Below are positions 21,901-30,493 of a stretch of DNA of 41,883 nucleotides, one piece after another. A program made the translations under genes and the position numbers. Each line of letters opens with the position of its first letter. Position 1 is the first letter of the stretch. The notes below the pieces were generated by a model, which was given only the letters and a program-made list of their open reading frames with translations, was not told the origin of the DNA and made no database searches. The stretch covers positions 1 to 41,883 of the forward strand of contig JALAGF010006341.1 of the NCBI GenBank assembly GCA_030167865.1, in the 5' to 3' direction. The stretch is from Craspedostauros australis. Lineage: Eukaryota.

Positions 21901-24900
21901 GAAAAGCAAACCAAAGCCGAGCCCTTTTGCTGGTGGTGGTATTGCAGCTGCTGCCGCAATGGCTGCAGCCAAAAAGTCAAAGCCCAAGACATCTGGTGGA
22001 GACGAGAAAGCAAAGGCGAATCCGTTCGCCGGCGGTGGGATCGCAGCAGCAGCGGCAATGGCTGCAGCAAAGAAGTCGAAGTCTGATACTCCAAACGCAG
22101 ATGAGAAGCCAAAAGTGAGTCCATTTGCCGGCGGTGGGATCGCAGCAGCGGCTGCAATGGCGGCAGCGAAGAAAAACAAGCCCCTACCAGAGCCTGAAAA
22201 GCCAAAGGCGAACCCTTTTGCTGGTGGTGGTATTGCAGCTGCTGCCGCAATGGCCGCAGCCAAGAAGTCAAAGCCAAAGACATCTGGTGGAGACAAGAGA
22301 CCAAAGGTGAATCCGTTCGCGGGAGGAGGAATTGCCGCGGCGGCGGCGATGGCTGCAGCGAAGAAATCAAAATCTGATGCGCCAAACGCAGTGAGTCAGC
22401 CAAAGGCGAGTCCTTTTGCGGGAGGAGGGATTGCCGCGGCAGCGGCGATGGCAGCAGCCAAGAAGAGCAAGCCTCCATCAGAGGCTGACAAACCAAAGGC
22501 AAATCCGTTTGCAGGCGGAGGTATCGCAGCAGCCGCAGCCATGGCGGCAGCCAAGAAGAGCAAAGGAACAGCCAAGTCTCCCGGAGAGGATAAGCCAAAA
22601 GCTAGCCCGTTCGCAGGTGGCGGAATTGCCGCTGCGGCAGCCATGGCAGCAGCCAAGAAGAGCAAGGCATCAGGTAAACCATCCAGTGACGCAAAACCGG
22701 CACCAAGCCCATTTGCAGGAGGTGGCATCGCAGCAGCAGCAGCCATGGCGGCAGCCAAGAAAGGTAAGCCATTGGGGGAATCATCAACCGATAGGAGGCC
22801 TGGTGGAAGTCCATTTGCAGGTGGTGGGATTGCAGCGGCCGCTGCCATGGCCGCAGCGAAGAAGGCCCCCTCGGCGGAAGTGAGACAAAATGGAAGCAAA
22901 CAAGCGTTTAATCCTCTTGCTGGAGGTGGGATTGCCGCAGCTGCAGCCATGGCTGCTTCCAACAAGCAAGCCCAAACAGGCGCCAGCACATCAAACGTCA
23001 AAACGACGACAATCGCGATGGCCAAAGATAGTGAAACCCAAGGTGGGTCTCGTGGAAACTCTGACTTTACTGCGAATGAACTATTCGAATCGATGATCAA
23101 CATTGCCATCGGCCACTGCATTGAGAACCCGCGTGATGTTTCGTCGTTCTTGTGCCTTGCGTCACTCGTCGAATGCCAGACCAACAGCAACCAGAGCTCG
23201 CCATCAAGTGAGAGCACGAAACAAGCGCATAGCAAGGAAGGCGACGACGAAAGCAAGAGCGACGGGCAGCCGTTGAACTTCGCCAACCTTTTATTGCAGC
23301 AGTGTCTCGATATTTCCAACCAAGCATCCTCCAATGGCATGCTTGGTTGGCTCGAGTATGGCAGCAGCAACTCATTGGAGAGAAATCCTGAGCTTGGTCT
23401 CCAAATCGCGCACAAGCTGGCAGCGAACTTTGCCAGCGCCGGGCAGCATCGCACCGCCCTTGACATCCTGTCAGGGCTTCGCACGCATTGTGGTTTGAGG
23501 TTCCCTGTCGTGCATCCAATCGCAGTCAGCATCACAATCGATCTGTCCATTTGCGCTGCGCAAGCAGGAGATACAATCGTCGGTCAGAAACTTATCAACC
23601 AGGTCAACCGCGACATCTCTGCCTATCTGTCACAGAAGGAGTCATCGCATTTCGACCTGCTGCGAAAGTACGTCGCCTTCCGCAAAGCATTCGCAAGCGG
23701 GTGCTTCCTGGAGACCCTGACGGATCGCATCGCCGAGCTCAAGAGCTTCGCTGCGCTGATGGAGGCGCACCTCGGGCGCGGCTTTTTGTTGACTGTGGGA
23801 GACACGAACCCAGCAGCAATCATCAACAAGGCGATGGTGGGCAACTGCTGGATGGTCGTTGCGAATTGTGTCGCAGCCGGTGAGAGATCGCCTGTCGAGC
23901 TGATCCATGGCCTCAACACGGCAAGACAGAATACGGGACACCCGACCTTGCGTAGGAGGGAGTCAGCTTCCGCGTCGTCACGTGAGGCGGGAGTGTACTG
24001 GAACAAGGCGTACGAGCTGTATCAAAGCGCTTTCCGGAGCTACCTTGTGTATGAGCGTGGCACGATGACAAGCCAGGCAGCAGTGTTTGCATACAACGTC
24101 GCGCGTTGCCTCAGAGAGCTGGATAAGCGGAAGGAGGCCATTCATCTCTTGAACATGGTGGTGAGCAAGTTGGAAACATCGGCTGGCTCGGCGAGTCATG
24201 TTGGCAAACGAGGACACAGAGACCGCAACGATGGCGGCCGTGAACTTCGTCGCGGATGTGATCATTCTTCTGTCAATCCTGATGGTTCCAAAGAAGGCAG
24301 GCACGCGCAGCCTCAAATCATCGGTGTGCATGGAATGCATGGAGCCCATGGAGTTCATGGAACCGCCGCGCTGATGCCAAGCGGGAACGAAGAAGTCACA
24401 GCCTTGTGCCTGTGGATGATGGCGGTTCTTTCAGTGGAGGACTGTCCTGATGAAAGAGGCCGTATCCGTGCTTTGAGTTTGCTCCATGGAGCATCAACGG
24501 CTGTCAAGCAAGCAATGCACCAACTCCAATCTCCAGATGGGCATGATGGCGACGCAACCGGCCAGCCCAGCATCGGAGATAATAGGCGCAAGCTGCAGCT
24601 TCTCTACAAGCGCATCCAGGACGAAGCGCGCTCTCTGTACGAGCCGTTGGATGTTCTGGAGGCCAACTTCGCTGGTGTTTCCGGCTCCGATGGTTCGAAC
24701 GATGGCAGATCAGCCGGCCACCCCGGAACGCTGTACGATGAAGCAATCGATCCCACCCCGCTCGATTGGAGGGACGTGCTCACGCCTATGCGTCGAAAGC
24801 GTTGGGAGGACAAGCAGCGATCTCACCATTTCATTTCACCACGGAAACGCAACGCATCCGACAGAAGCAGCACCCTCCGCAACGGAAGGTTGGAAAGACG

Positions 24901-24967
24901 GACAAGTAGCACCAGACTTGTGGGTCCGCACAGACAGTCATCATCGGAACTGTCAGTGGCGATCTAG
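12908..24967 (+). CDS. Giant 4019-aa protein: N-myristoylation motif, acidic disordered tract, RelA/SpoT-like nucleotidyltransferase domain, 15x Ala/Gly peptide repeat, TPR-like C-terminus
   Basis: 12-kb stop-free frame starting MGNEPS. Motifs KSEASIRSK, KDILRGQIVF, VRMKNLF, GYRHVLLTV and AEIQCQL lie at ~20860-21330. The repeat array varies only synonymously in its core. The helical C-terminus has TPR-like segments. Short in-frame introns cannot be excluded. Confidence 0.85.
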   Translation: MGNEPSTPVRDQWGGNAGDGAAYSSAGVHGGREGHGHHQQSQQRSHQQSQMQMHQPQRVDSRIPQTRSSSSYRDESMAYDYGYDATDDDAEVDWAPENEEPRRAGGRQPRRRSLVNSLERIENVHQFNDNGGRHHSTEERLDPLFRAAARAQNARQTKRQKQKARRAQHAPATDTRAMQAQQRSIDNEWKASLHRLASTTASTAKTFSHIAAPVLVDAGSILAQSAKDIGETYHSSTVSSNARNMNGNKSKAEPGGPRGAADTRGSVSLPAAAIPRRAGDDDSKMLSDSFADDETLVLYPYSPAFARTPSRSDGIQQSLSPDASTVQPHNVLLRNESEFQLPSLQSESSDIKLQPRTQPLPTPVLNRRLHVTTATDTLSQTQLAPPAQVSDDETDGSKTGENEDPVEADGDVSTDDSNAKSKDDKVDDGNAGEDEDEDEEDGHTSVTPKHENAVNQLVADDENQPNNNANSDKTDESENDTVGTGEEPQTAKRGEDTRDSNIDAAGGQAEVNVHASDEPDLQPDAIATATEEVASKPDADVTAKPQVNSDEAGIEAAPKPDSDTTSVLNPEKASASKAHTASGADTGAEAEAEAKGTAETISGAIDDSDESPEPNDSPILDENAGADTGDETETNTKSVPNADADSDPEGGLDTKPRSGVDGDAGTDQVAKTAADNNSSSKTDDDVGANTDATAPESPRTEAEGEADDEAEDEAKSASTSDVSANQEETADAKPEPTLGSDAEPDQDAKTEVKNELALDADASELAEATGSPQVEANDEAKSDSKPDTDASTDPGETSEAKPSSGPDSDIEPDKEVRAEADSKSDADTKPAPDEGPETQSRPDAAADEAEAAGKRAIFELEAGVDANAETTEEGTGANIEPANDSVGTSRSGPDTGVDAAADGNSRPEADGDTKSDADTNAESDEGSEPILGGDTGIERRTTAEVEAEDKSTSGAKADEDPVELSETHPSSGVDIGPEAIAETSIESDSNIQTPPGGDVKTKSNSVPHEHGDADTAIDTSAQEAGSLNTDVDAMTMTVTTTEDTSSATIDPVKDPDTQPSADQGKDATIDADIQSDTKVNTTSDSDADADPSEHPEVDAQTNIGAEAEIKTTSDADVDTATGEASEVTPSSVSDDGEDAAAAAAATSDTDTNAEAEAETAPDTDTNTHQGESSEPKLSSPPDEDTGAGADNSQEVAAEEEHSNSDSGSKLKPDEESEAKSSFAQDEDVDVTTDKATLANIEADAQIEPQDETVAKDRANTKSDADGDAGTETQGTAEIDVEQEADTETESEHNSDSDTDPGEVSETKSICSAKVGAAADGEIKAEEDSKSVCDARVASDEDSKTKPDSDIDGGAGAGAGAGVSGPEKEIDKSVDATSPPEIEVDAKSSPDATVDSGEDTQTEAKSDSDEDASSATETDDELESHPDADADYQDDAKHEPRPDEDADADVVVKNAATNAVVMNGEYKDGTTAVASDAGAMKEPTTDAMKSDADANSQDDAETKAGSDVMMETHPSSTTQVEKEEDAKTTSDESGGLHDEQSSMPDETANIDAGTNEEPPADAETTADATSGAPAKSEVDVASKPDPDANAETEAAKRAGACSDQGAEEAAVVDGDAQTEPNKETVDEAVSGPSVEGDKDGDDAYEKGAKAELSSDANAHTQAVTEETSALASGSTAESESRSTTAPNSDAIEDDDAKDRLDAEHEAEIASKSMQDTSREEGANTKPGSDEDARSKDGAKLERGSDAHVDASAGANADNDAAAGEEAKETVDANTDSEIAAATSIGSEEDAKSTSLGDEDGKPQSQGKARDDADTHTAVEADSKVDSIANANAAAEPQAKAEEGTGPVSDENEHKTRAATANADTQSHSDSGQEEDSQSGSDSETESLHGEAKVSNNHLASQNGHGNGHGQKPSNQGSVSSNADFTDSSDFIFLDTNDGLRTPNFRRVSILSNANTLESDFDMLAFSAPRPTRVTDATPQHLRFSPSVLETPMPSTIRTKRRDSVVRWSQLPSVGKLFEADPEDLVEGFDDLQASLEFQMRHSLRALRSHQKLMRSSSTDAAYSDPGTPTRQGQSQQEKQHQEGSLLSRSRAVLGNDLLEASSSIAQSIAAQWNRFSEAIKQDDREGNAVGEDDVFASPPDVFDAETVLSMGSSDDSIKTSPEVPVTDLALDPSTNTAAKHDQMTTSTALETDDSVSSMSWDMVPERHHLAAEDLVDVELKITVKGAAQQAEASQSSSCEISDVIRVSETSSAVSKEGKPSANEESPEDGHEDTGVAQSTGDKDDSNEKKEDGDIEGQAEAQATDESANRAPAKPNGERRDGAKAACGDADEGKEADSMNHENQNADSGDNSIEKKDTDGSPTGSDDAPKVQNGKTSAIPQDKSLSEPTTPAVETTVGWDKDAEAKHPNIPETEEMTDVFAGNVLDTSLLALTSLDDVDFLNKKRPSSAALRKDLTGLARIRWDQLVANWMHAETWKAINAVSADGKAGSEQQGDGDPAEGENASSSNSSTVSTVQTVINEQCNLLLSTTKAGPSQVLQATASLPRSVPQPSMFRPIESMEQYLPLRTLTDIGPLGMPSIAPSSSESSPELLSHEIHGDEDGKGDAKHEVTQLLERAKQQLPDFESLLRSIVRFSSQNESSKTYFEQTATSCTVGLKSEASIRSKADRKYGGDAKQVKDILRGQIVFPDQLSMICALVYLRRRTRARKMKRSKSSASASGSGKMKSDGMTDGKHSEKQVAPIEIVRMKNLFSDQSVDENRALHGALATGYRHVLLTVRLEGGLLAEIQCQLRALYEVLGEEGYALHRKIEGVEIRKGDKPNPSSQQLFSLDAKTLIQSFLPNDDSTNREEQSTRRQQEGSGAGMAASTQENCKPAVSPFAGGGIAAAAAMAAAKKGPPDSKGSSKPKASPFAGGGIAAAAAMAAAKKSNNGDSSDGGNKPKVSPFAGGGIAAAAAMAAAKKSKSEMPTAETKPKASPFAGGGIAAAAAMAAAKKAKPESEKSKPKPSPFAGGGIAAAAAMAAAKKSKPKTSGGDEKAKANPFAGGGIAAAAAMAAAKKSKSDTPNADEKPKVSPFAGGGIAAAAAMAAAKKNKPLPEPEKPKANPFAGGGIAAAAAMAAAKKSKPKTSGGDKRPKVNPFAGGGIAAAAAMAAAKKSKSDAPNAVSQPKASPFAGGGIAAAAAMAAAKKSKPPSEADKPKANPFAGGGIAAAAAMAAAKKSKGTAKSPGEDKPKASPFAGGGIAAAAAMAAAKKSKASGKPSSDAKPAPSPFAGGGIAAAAAMAAAKKGKPLGESSTDRRPGGSPFAGGGIAAAAAMAAAKKAPSAEVRQNGSKQAFNPLAGGGIAAAAAMAASNKQAQTGASTSNVKTTTIAMAKDSETQGGSRGNSDFTANELFESMINIAIGHCIENPRDVSSFLCLASLVECQTNSNQSSPSSESTKQAHSKEGDDESKSDGQPLNFANLLLQQCLDISNQASSNGMLGWLEYGSSNSLERNPELGLQIAHKLAANFASAGQHRTALDILSGLRTHCGLRFPVVHPIAVSITIDLSICAAQAGDTIVGQKLINQVNRDISAYLSQKESSHFDLLRKYVAFRKAFASGCFLETLTDRIAELKSFAALMEAHLGRGFLLTVGDTNPAAIINKAMVGNCWMVVANCVAAGERSPVELIHGLNTARQNTGHPTLRRRESASASSREAGVYWNKAYELYQSAFRSYLVYERGTMTSQAAVFAYNVARCLRELDKRKEAIHLLNMVVSKLETSAGSASHVGKRGHRDRNDGGRELRRGCDHSSVNPDGSKEGRHAQPQIIGVHGMHGAHGVHGTAALMPSGNEEVTALCLWMMAVLSVEDCPDERGRIRALSLLHGASTAVKQAMHQLQSPDGHDGDATGQPSIGDNRRKLQLLYKRIQDEARSLYEPLDVLEANFAGVSGSDGSNDGRSAGHPGTLYDEAIDPTPLDWRDVLTPMRRKRWEDKQRSHHFISPRKRNASDRSSTLRNGRLERRTSSTRLVGPHRQSSSELSVAI
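21518..22966 (+). repeat. Coding tandem repeat: 15 units (93-102 bp period) encoding PFAGGGIAAAAAMAAAKK plus a variable K/S/P-rich linker
   Basis: Core starts at 21533, 21629, 21731, 21830, 21923, 22022, 22121, 22214, 22313, 22412, 22505, 22607, 22709, 22811 and 22913 (last degenerate: PLAGGGIAAAAAMAASNK). Confidence 0.95.
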
Positions 24968-24987
24968 AGAGAGAGAGAGAGAGAGAG
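24966..24987. repeat. (AG)11 microsatellite overlapping the TAG stop of the giant ORF
   Basis: Read directly: ...ATC TAG AGAGAG... Confidence 0.9.
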
Positions 24988-27541
24988 GGCAAAGTGGACT
25001 CGTAGACAGGAACATGATACAGAGAGACAGTGTCGCTATCATCTACACGATTGATTGTCATAGAGTACTATACCATACATGGAGCAAATGTAGAGTCGCA
25101 TAGAATAGAGTAATGGAGCATATCAGACCATGCTCAGCTGGTAGCATGACATTGTCGTTGCCCAATTCTCATTCTTCCTTCCGTTTCAATGAGCTGTTGT
25201 GGCCACAGTCATGAATGGGGTCGACAAGGGGATCAATCACTCCACCGCTTCACCAAGGAGGACGTATGTAGAATATGAGTGAAACATGGAAGCACATCCA
25301 AAAGTGTGGACAACATGGTCAACACACTCGCACATACATGCAGATAGTAGGCACTGATTATACTACACATGATTGCGCATTGGCCCCAGGTTACGTGAAT
25401 GGTATGAGTACAATACACATGATGACCTGGTTTCTCTTGAGTTGGTGGGAGTCGTCTTAAGTTGGAAAGGCCATCCCCATTTCTCCGAGCGCGATGCTCA
25501 TAGCAACTCCACAACCATCCGTCGCATCCACTCATGCAGCAGCACATGACGTGGTGAAGACAGGACATATCGTTGCTCCTCTTCCTCTCAACATAAAGTA
25601 TCGTATGCTACGATTCTTCCACATCCATACTCGCGCTCTTTGTCTTCGAATGCTCAGATGCCTTCACAAAATGTGACGATCGAACGAGCGGAGATGCGTT
25701 GGCTTTGCACATGAGTCCTACGGACTTCTGCGAGGCGAGAATTGTGGCGGCATCTCGTTGACGAAAACGCTGTGCAGATTTGTGGAACAGGTGCACGTGT
25801 TGGTTTCTCATTTTGTGGCGTCCACAAAATTGGCAGCACGATTCGGATCGTGTTGGCGCGTCATGGCTTGCAATGTCGCATTGTGACATTGTATCATTTC
25901 AATATATTAATGCGTGAATTTAGTAATATTCATTTGAATTTCGATACCGATTTAAGAGTAGTACGCGAGCAGAGCGTTGAAATTTCTTCAGGGGAAGCCG
26001 ACTCCGCCAGCCAACCTGTACAACGGTGAAGTTGCATATAAGTGAGCGTGCTTTTTGTGTGCTTGGCGGTTACGACAGCCGACGGTTTTTCCTCCCCGCG
26101 AGAAGGGAATCGTTGTTGTTGTCGCGTGCGGAGCAGATGGTGGTGCCAAGCAGCGCGGCACGATGCGGCGTGCGTGGCTCGACACGCGATGACACGCAGG
26201 AGGAACCACGCGAGAGCAACGCAACACTCCAGATTTGCAAACTGCGCACGCAACTTCCAGCGTTGCTTTCTTGGTTGTTTGATTTGTTGGTTTGTTGACT
26301 GGTGGGCCGTCCCTTCCTCTGCTTTGGTGGACATCAACCAGAGAACGAAATCCGTTCCTGTCGACGATTGATTGCTGACTGCTGACTGGTGGTCGCTCTC
26401 CTTCGCCCTCTTGTCTCCTTGTTGCCATTGTGCGTCTTTGGGTGGGAAGTTGCTTTCTTCTGGTGGGAATCTTGACAACCAACAACACAACAACAACAAC
26501 AAAGAAGAGCAGTAGAAGCAGCGGCAGCGGCAACAAGGAAGAGCCTCAATCCGTCCAATCCGTCAAGACAGAACACAGCAACCGTGAAAAGCAGCTCAAG
26601 TGCGACCCGCAAGCATCAGTTCAAGTGAGCCACCAAGACCAGAGACAGCGACAAGTCAAGTCAAGTCAAGAAGGGAGCATTGTGAGGAAGGCACCACTTC
26701 ATTGTCAGCGCCAAGACCACACAACATCGACGTGGCCATCAGAAGAACGGCGCATAGCTATCAGCATCATCTCATCACCGTGGAACATCGAATATCGAAC
26801 TTTGGTTCCCGAGAGTTGAGTGCTGAGTGTTGAGAGTCGAAGTGTTGACACGTTTCTACACGTAGCATCGCTGGATTGACGGAGCCCTTTCGACAAGTGG
26901 ATCGTCATCAACAAACAACGCATCGCGCAAAGCTGCTGCATCGAGTTACGTTGTGCTTGAGGCTCGCCCTTGCAGCCACAGCTGACTGGTTGGTACGGTC
27001 AATAATAATACCACACAACACCATCGTGGATTGTGGAATCATCGCTTGTTGTACACGAACAGGGACGCTTCGCAGAGGAGGAATTCCCATACTGGCGAAA
27101 AGGTACCCTTCGCACCCAAGAGCACACTCAGTCACCCTTGTCTGGTTGTTCCAGCGAAAACGGAACTGGTGTCGGAGAAGGACAAAAGACCGCGGTGACA
27201 AGATTCACAGGTACTTGCGTGCACAAGTAGGAATACTCGCCGCCATCACGCAGAGAGAAGAGCAGCGGGGCACAGCGGCAATTAACGCCAGTCAGCAGTG
27301 AACTCGAAATTGTCCACAGCGCGATTTATCCCACACACACACCACCAAGGACAGAGAGACAGACACAGCGCCATCGACTCCAGCGAAACAGCGAAGAACA
27401 GCAGGCCCCTGCGAATTGCGTGTGACAGCTCCGCTGGAAAGCACACGCATCTCAGGCACCACACGCATCACACGCTTCAACAGCGACAGCGAGATCAGCA
27501 CACAACCGCACGTCGCTTTCCGGCGCAACAGGACTTGCCCA

Positions 27542-29822
27542 ATGTCACCACTTCAGGTCGTTGTTTCACAGACTCCATCGGACTACGGTGACGCGCTTGG
27601 ATCGACCTCCAAGAACTCGGCAGGCACACCAATCACGCCAACCACAGACACCAGCGCCACAGGGGTAGATCACATTGAGGAAGATCTCGGCATCGACCTA
27701 CGACGGTCAGATAGCATGTCGCAATCACCGGCCTCCTTGGTAGACCTGGACATGGACATGGCGTCCCCCACTGCGCAGCCTATGGCACATCGCACCAACG
27801 GTGACACAAATAATCACACGCAAAACCAGAATCAGGTCCAGATTGATGCTAAAGCGGGTACGTCGCAGACATCGCAGTCTCAACGAGGCACCACCATCGC
27901 TACGGGCACGTTGTCCGGCGTGGTGAAGTCATCGACCAACGGCTCTGATGATCAAAAGGAGGGGGACAACAACCACCAGAAGCAGCACAAGAAGCAGCAG
28001 TCATCAAACTCAAGAAAAAGCAAGCGCACAAAGGCAGTTGCACCGCCAGGACAGCTGCTTCCATCGCTGCCACCACGATCGGAGACAGCGACGGCGAAAC
28101 CGAAATCCATCCCACGCCAATTGGACAAGTATGGCTTCATCACAAACGTCAATTCGCAAGGCCACGTCTACGACGATCCAAACAGCGGCCAAGCCGACAA
28201 CGCTGGCGTGCCCCTCTTCATGGATGCCAAGCGCATCGCACGGCGTGAGAAGAAGTGGAAGCAGACCATGGCTTCCTGGGAGCGCAGGAGACCGAAGGTC
28301 ACACTCAGGCGCCTCCGGAAGGGCGTTCCGGACAGCGTGCGAGGTCGTGTGTGGACCAAATTGGGTGGGGGAATCAAGAAGCGGGGCCTTTACGACGAGA
28401 TCATCGAAAAGACGAAGGACGTGGTGCTGGAGAACAGCACCTCCTACCTCGCCTCGGCTTCGTCGCTCTCGTCATCATCATCATCGTCGTCGCATTCGGG
28501 AACCAAAAAGCCAAAGTCCAAATCGGGCAGAAATGGAAAGTCCAAGAACAAAAAGAAGAACGCCACGAAACAATCGGATGCCAAGGATTCCGGCACCGTC
28601 GACCCGTACGTCAACAGCAAGGCCTTCCGCGACATACAGAACACTATCGAGCGCGATATCCATCGAACCTACCCCAGGCACAACCTCTTTTACGAGGATG
28701 ACAGCAGCGAGCATGAAGGACGCCCGTACTCCTCTCCGTCAAGCGCAAGCACTCCTGACAACCCGCTCTTGCATGGTCTCCGCGATCCGGAGGTCACGGC
28801 AGTCATCTCCAACATGGATGGGGAGATGAACATCTCGCCTTCTGAAGGGCTGGACCTGTCCACCAGAGCCAGCATGACGATCCCCACCTTCCCCGAAGGA
28901 CAGATTTCATTACGGCGTGTGCTGCGCGCATACAGCTACTACGACAGAGAGATTGGGTACTGCCAGGGCATGAACTTCATCGCCGGCATGTTCCTTACTT
29001 TGATGACAGAGGAAGAGGCCTTTTGGCTATTGGTTGGTACGTGACTTGATGCGGTGACATGACTTGACTTGATCCAATGACATCACCTGACCTGGCATTG
29101 TGCAATATGATGAAATCTCGTATTTTGTTCATGCGGCCATTGGAATCAACAACTCACCATCCATCGGCACCATGCGTTCTTCTCCGTCACTCTCCCATCA
29201 TGATGTGCCTTGTTGTGATTGCGTTTGGATGGTATTTGTGGCATAACGAACGGATGAATCAACGCTCTCCCGTCATCACGACCACGATCATGCTCGCGGC
29301 GACGGACTGTACAACATCGCTTGTGGACCACTTTTCTGAGCAGCTGTCATGCAGAACAAGCCATGCAGCATGCGAGGCTTGTTCGCAGAAGGGATGAAGG
29401 AAACTCACAAGGTTTTGCATGTATCGGAGATGTTGGTCCAGCAATTCCTTCCGCGGTTGTCCAAGCACTTTGAAAGGGAGCACATTCATGTGACGATGTA
29501 CGCCACGCAATGGCTGCTCACACAGTACACAAGCTCCTTCAAATTCGATTTGGTCACCCGCATATGGGATTGCTTCCTGTGCGAGGGATGGAAGATCATC
29601 TACCGTGTCATGCTGGCGCTGCTCCAGCAGTACCAAAGCCAGTTGCTCAAAATGAGCTTTGAGGAAATTCTTTCCTTCTTCCGAGAACTCCCAGATCGAG
29701 TTGATGGTGCAACTCTGATGGAGACCGCGTTGAAAATCCAACTGAGGAAGCAGCACATAGAGAAGTACGAGAAGCAGTGGGTGACGCAGCAAAAGCAGCA
29801 GCAGCAACGACAATCAAGGTGA
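27542..29822 (+). CDS. TBC-domain Rab GTPase-activating protein, ~657 aa; exons 27542-29036 and 29344-29822
   Basis: LDKYGF, RLRKGVPDSVRGRVW, arginine finger IERDIHRT, glutamine finger GYCQGMNFIAG, EEEAFW. GT-AG intron 29037-29343 joins in frame (FWLLV-A-VMQNK). Exon 2 has MYATQWLLT and RIWDCFLCEGWKIIYRV. First in-frame ATG is 27542 (the track start at 27416 is TTG). Confidence 0.92.
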
Positions 29823-30493
29823 TCGCTTCGCGAGCAACATTTGCTGCGAACAGGACACCGTCGCTGACAGAAGCACGCTGTGTCAATTTAACTGCGCACA
29901 TTCTTAAGGACAGGATTGGTGCGCTGCCACTTGCTGCAGCATGGTGCATCGTAGTATAGTACCTGCAGTACTGGCCGGGCGCGCAAGACGAAGCATGCGA
30001 TTCGTTGAGTGGAGCTCATGCAACTTAACACAAACGAAATTAGGATTCAACGCCAAACGAATGAACAAGTACGCTCACATGCGTATGTTCATGCAGGTGT
30101 TGCCGACTGACTGATTGATTCGATAGATGGGTGATTAGTCGAGAGTTACGCCATTGACGACCACAATTGTTGCAAGTACTGCACACGAGGCATGAGAAGA
30201 GCGCGAGGAAGTGTGTGGTTCTTGTTTGCCTCTGGAGAGTCTCATACACGTACCATGCACACTGCTCGACTGTGAGTACTCATGCATTAGCACATTCATC
30301 AGATGCATCACTCTTCTCTCTCTGTCTCTCGGAGTCGCGTCTCATGATAATGCAGCTCGCAATGATCCGTCGTCATGTGCAAGTAGAGCATGCCATGTAT
30401 CGTATTAGGATGAGTATGGTATCTTACAATTACGAGCATGTACACCAGCACAGCTGGCGGGGCTATTATCAACGCCACTTTCGTTGGCTTGCG

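Noticed and set aside
21518..22966. CRISPR-like repeat/spacer appearance of the regular array
   Set aside because: Repeats vary at synonymous positions, all periods are multiples of 3 within an open frame, no cas genes are present and the context is eukaryotic: it is a coding peptide repeat.
14908..23550. Long minus-strand ORFs (14908-16407, 20995-22296, 22396-23550)
   Set aside because: Antisense shadows of the low-complexity or repetitive giant ORF, with no independent domain signal.
25100..27500. 2.4-kb intergenic region with many short ORFs and an AT-rich patch near 25890-25990
   Set aside because: No coherent coding signal, RNA gene or repeat structure that I can support.
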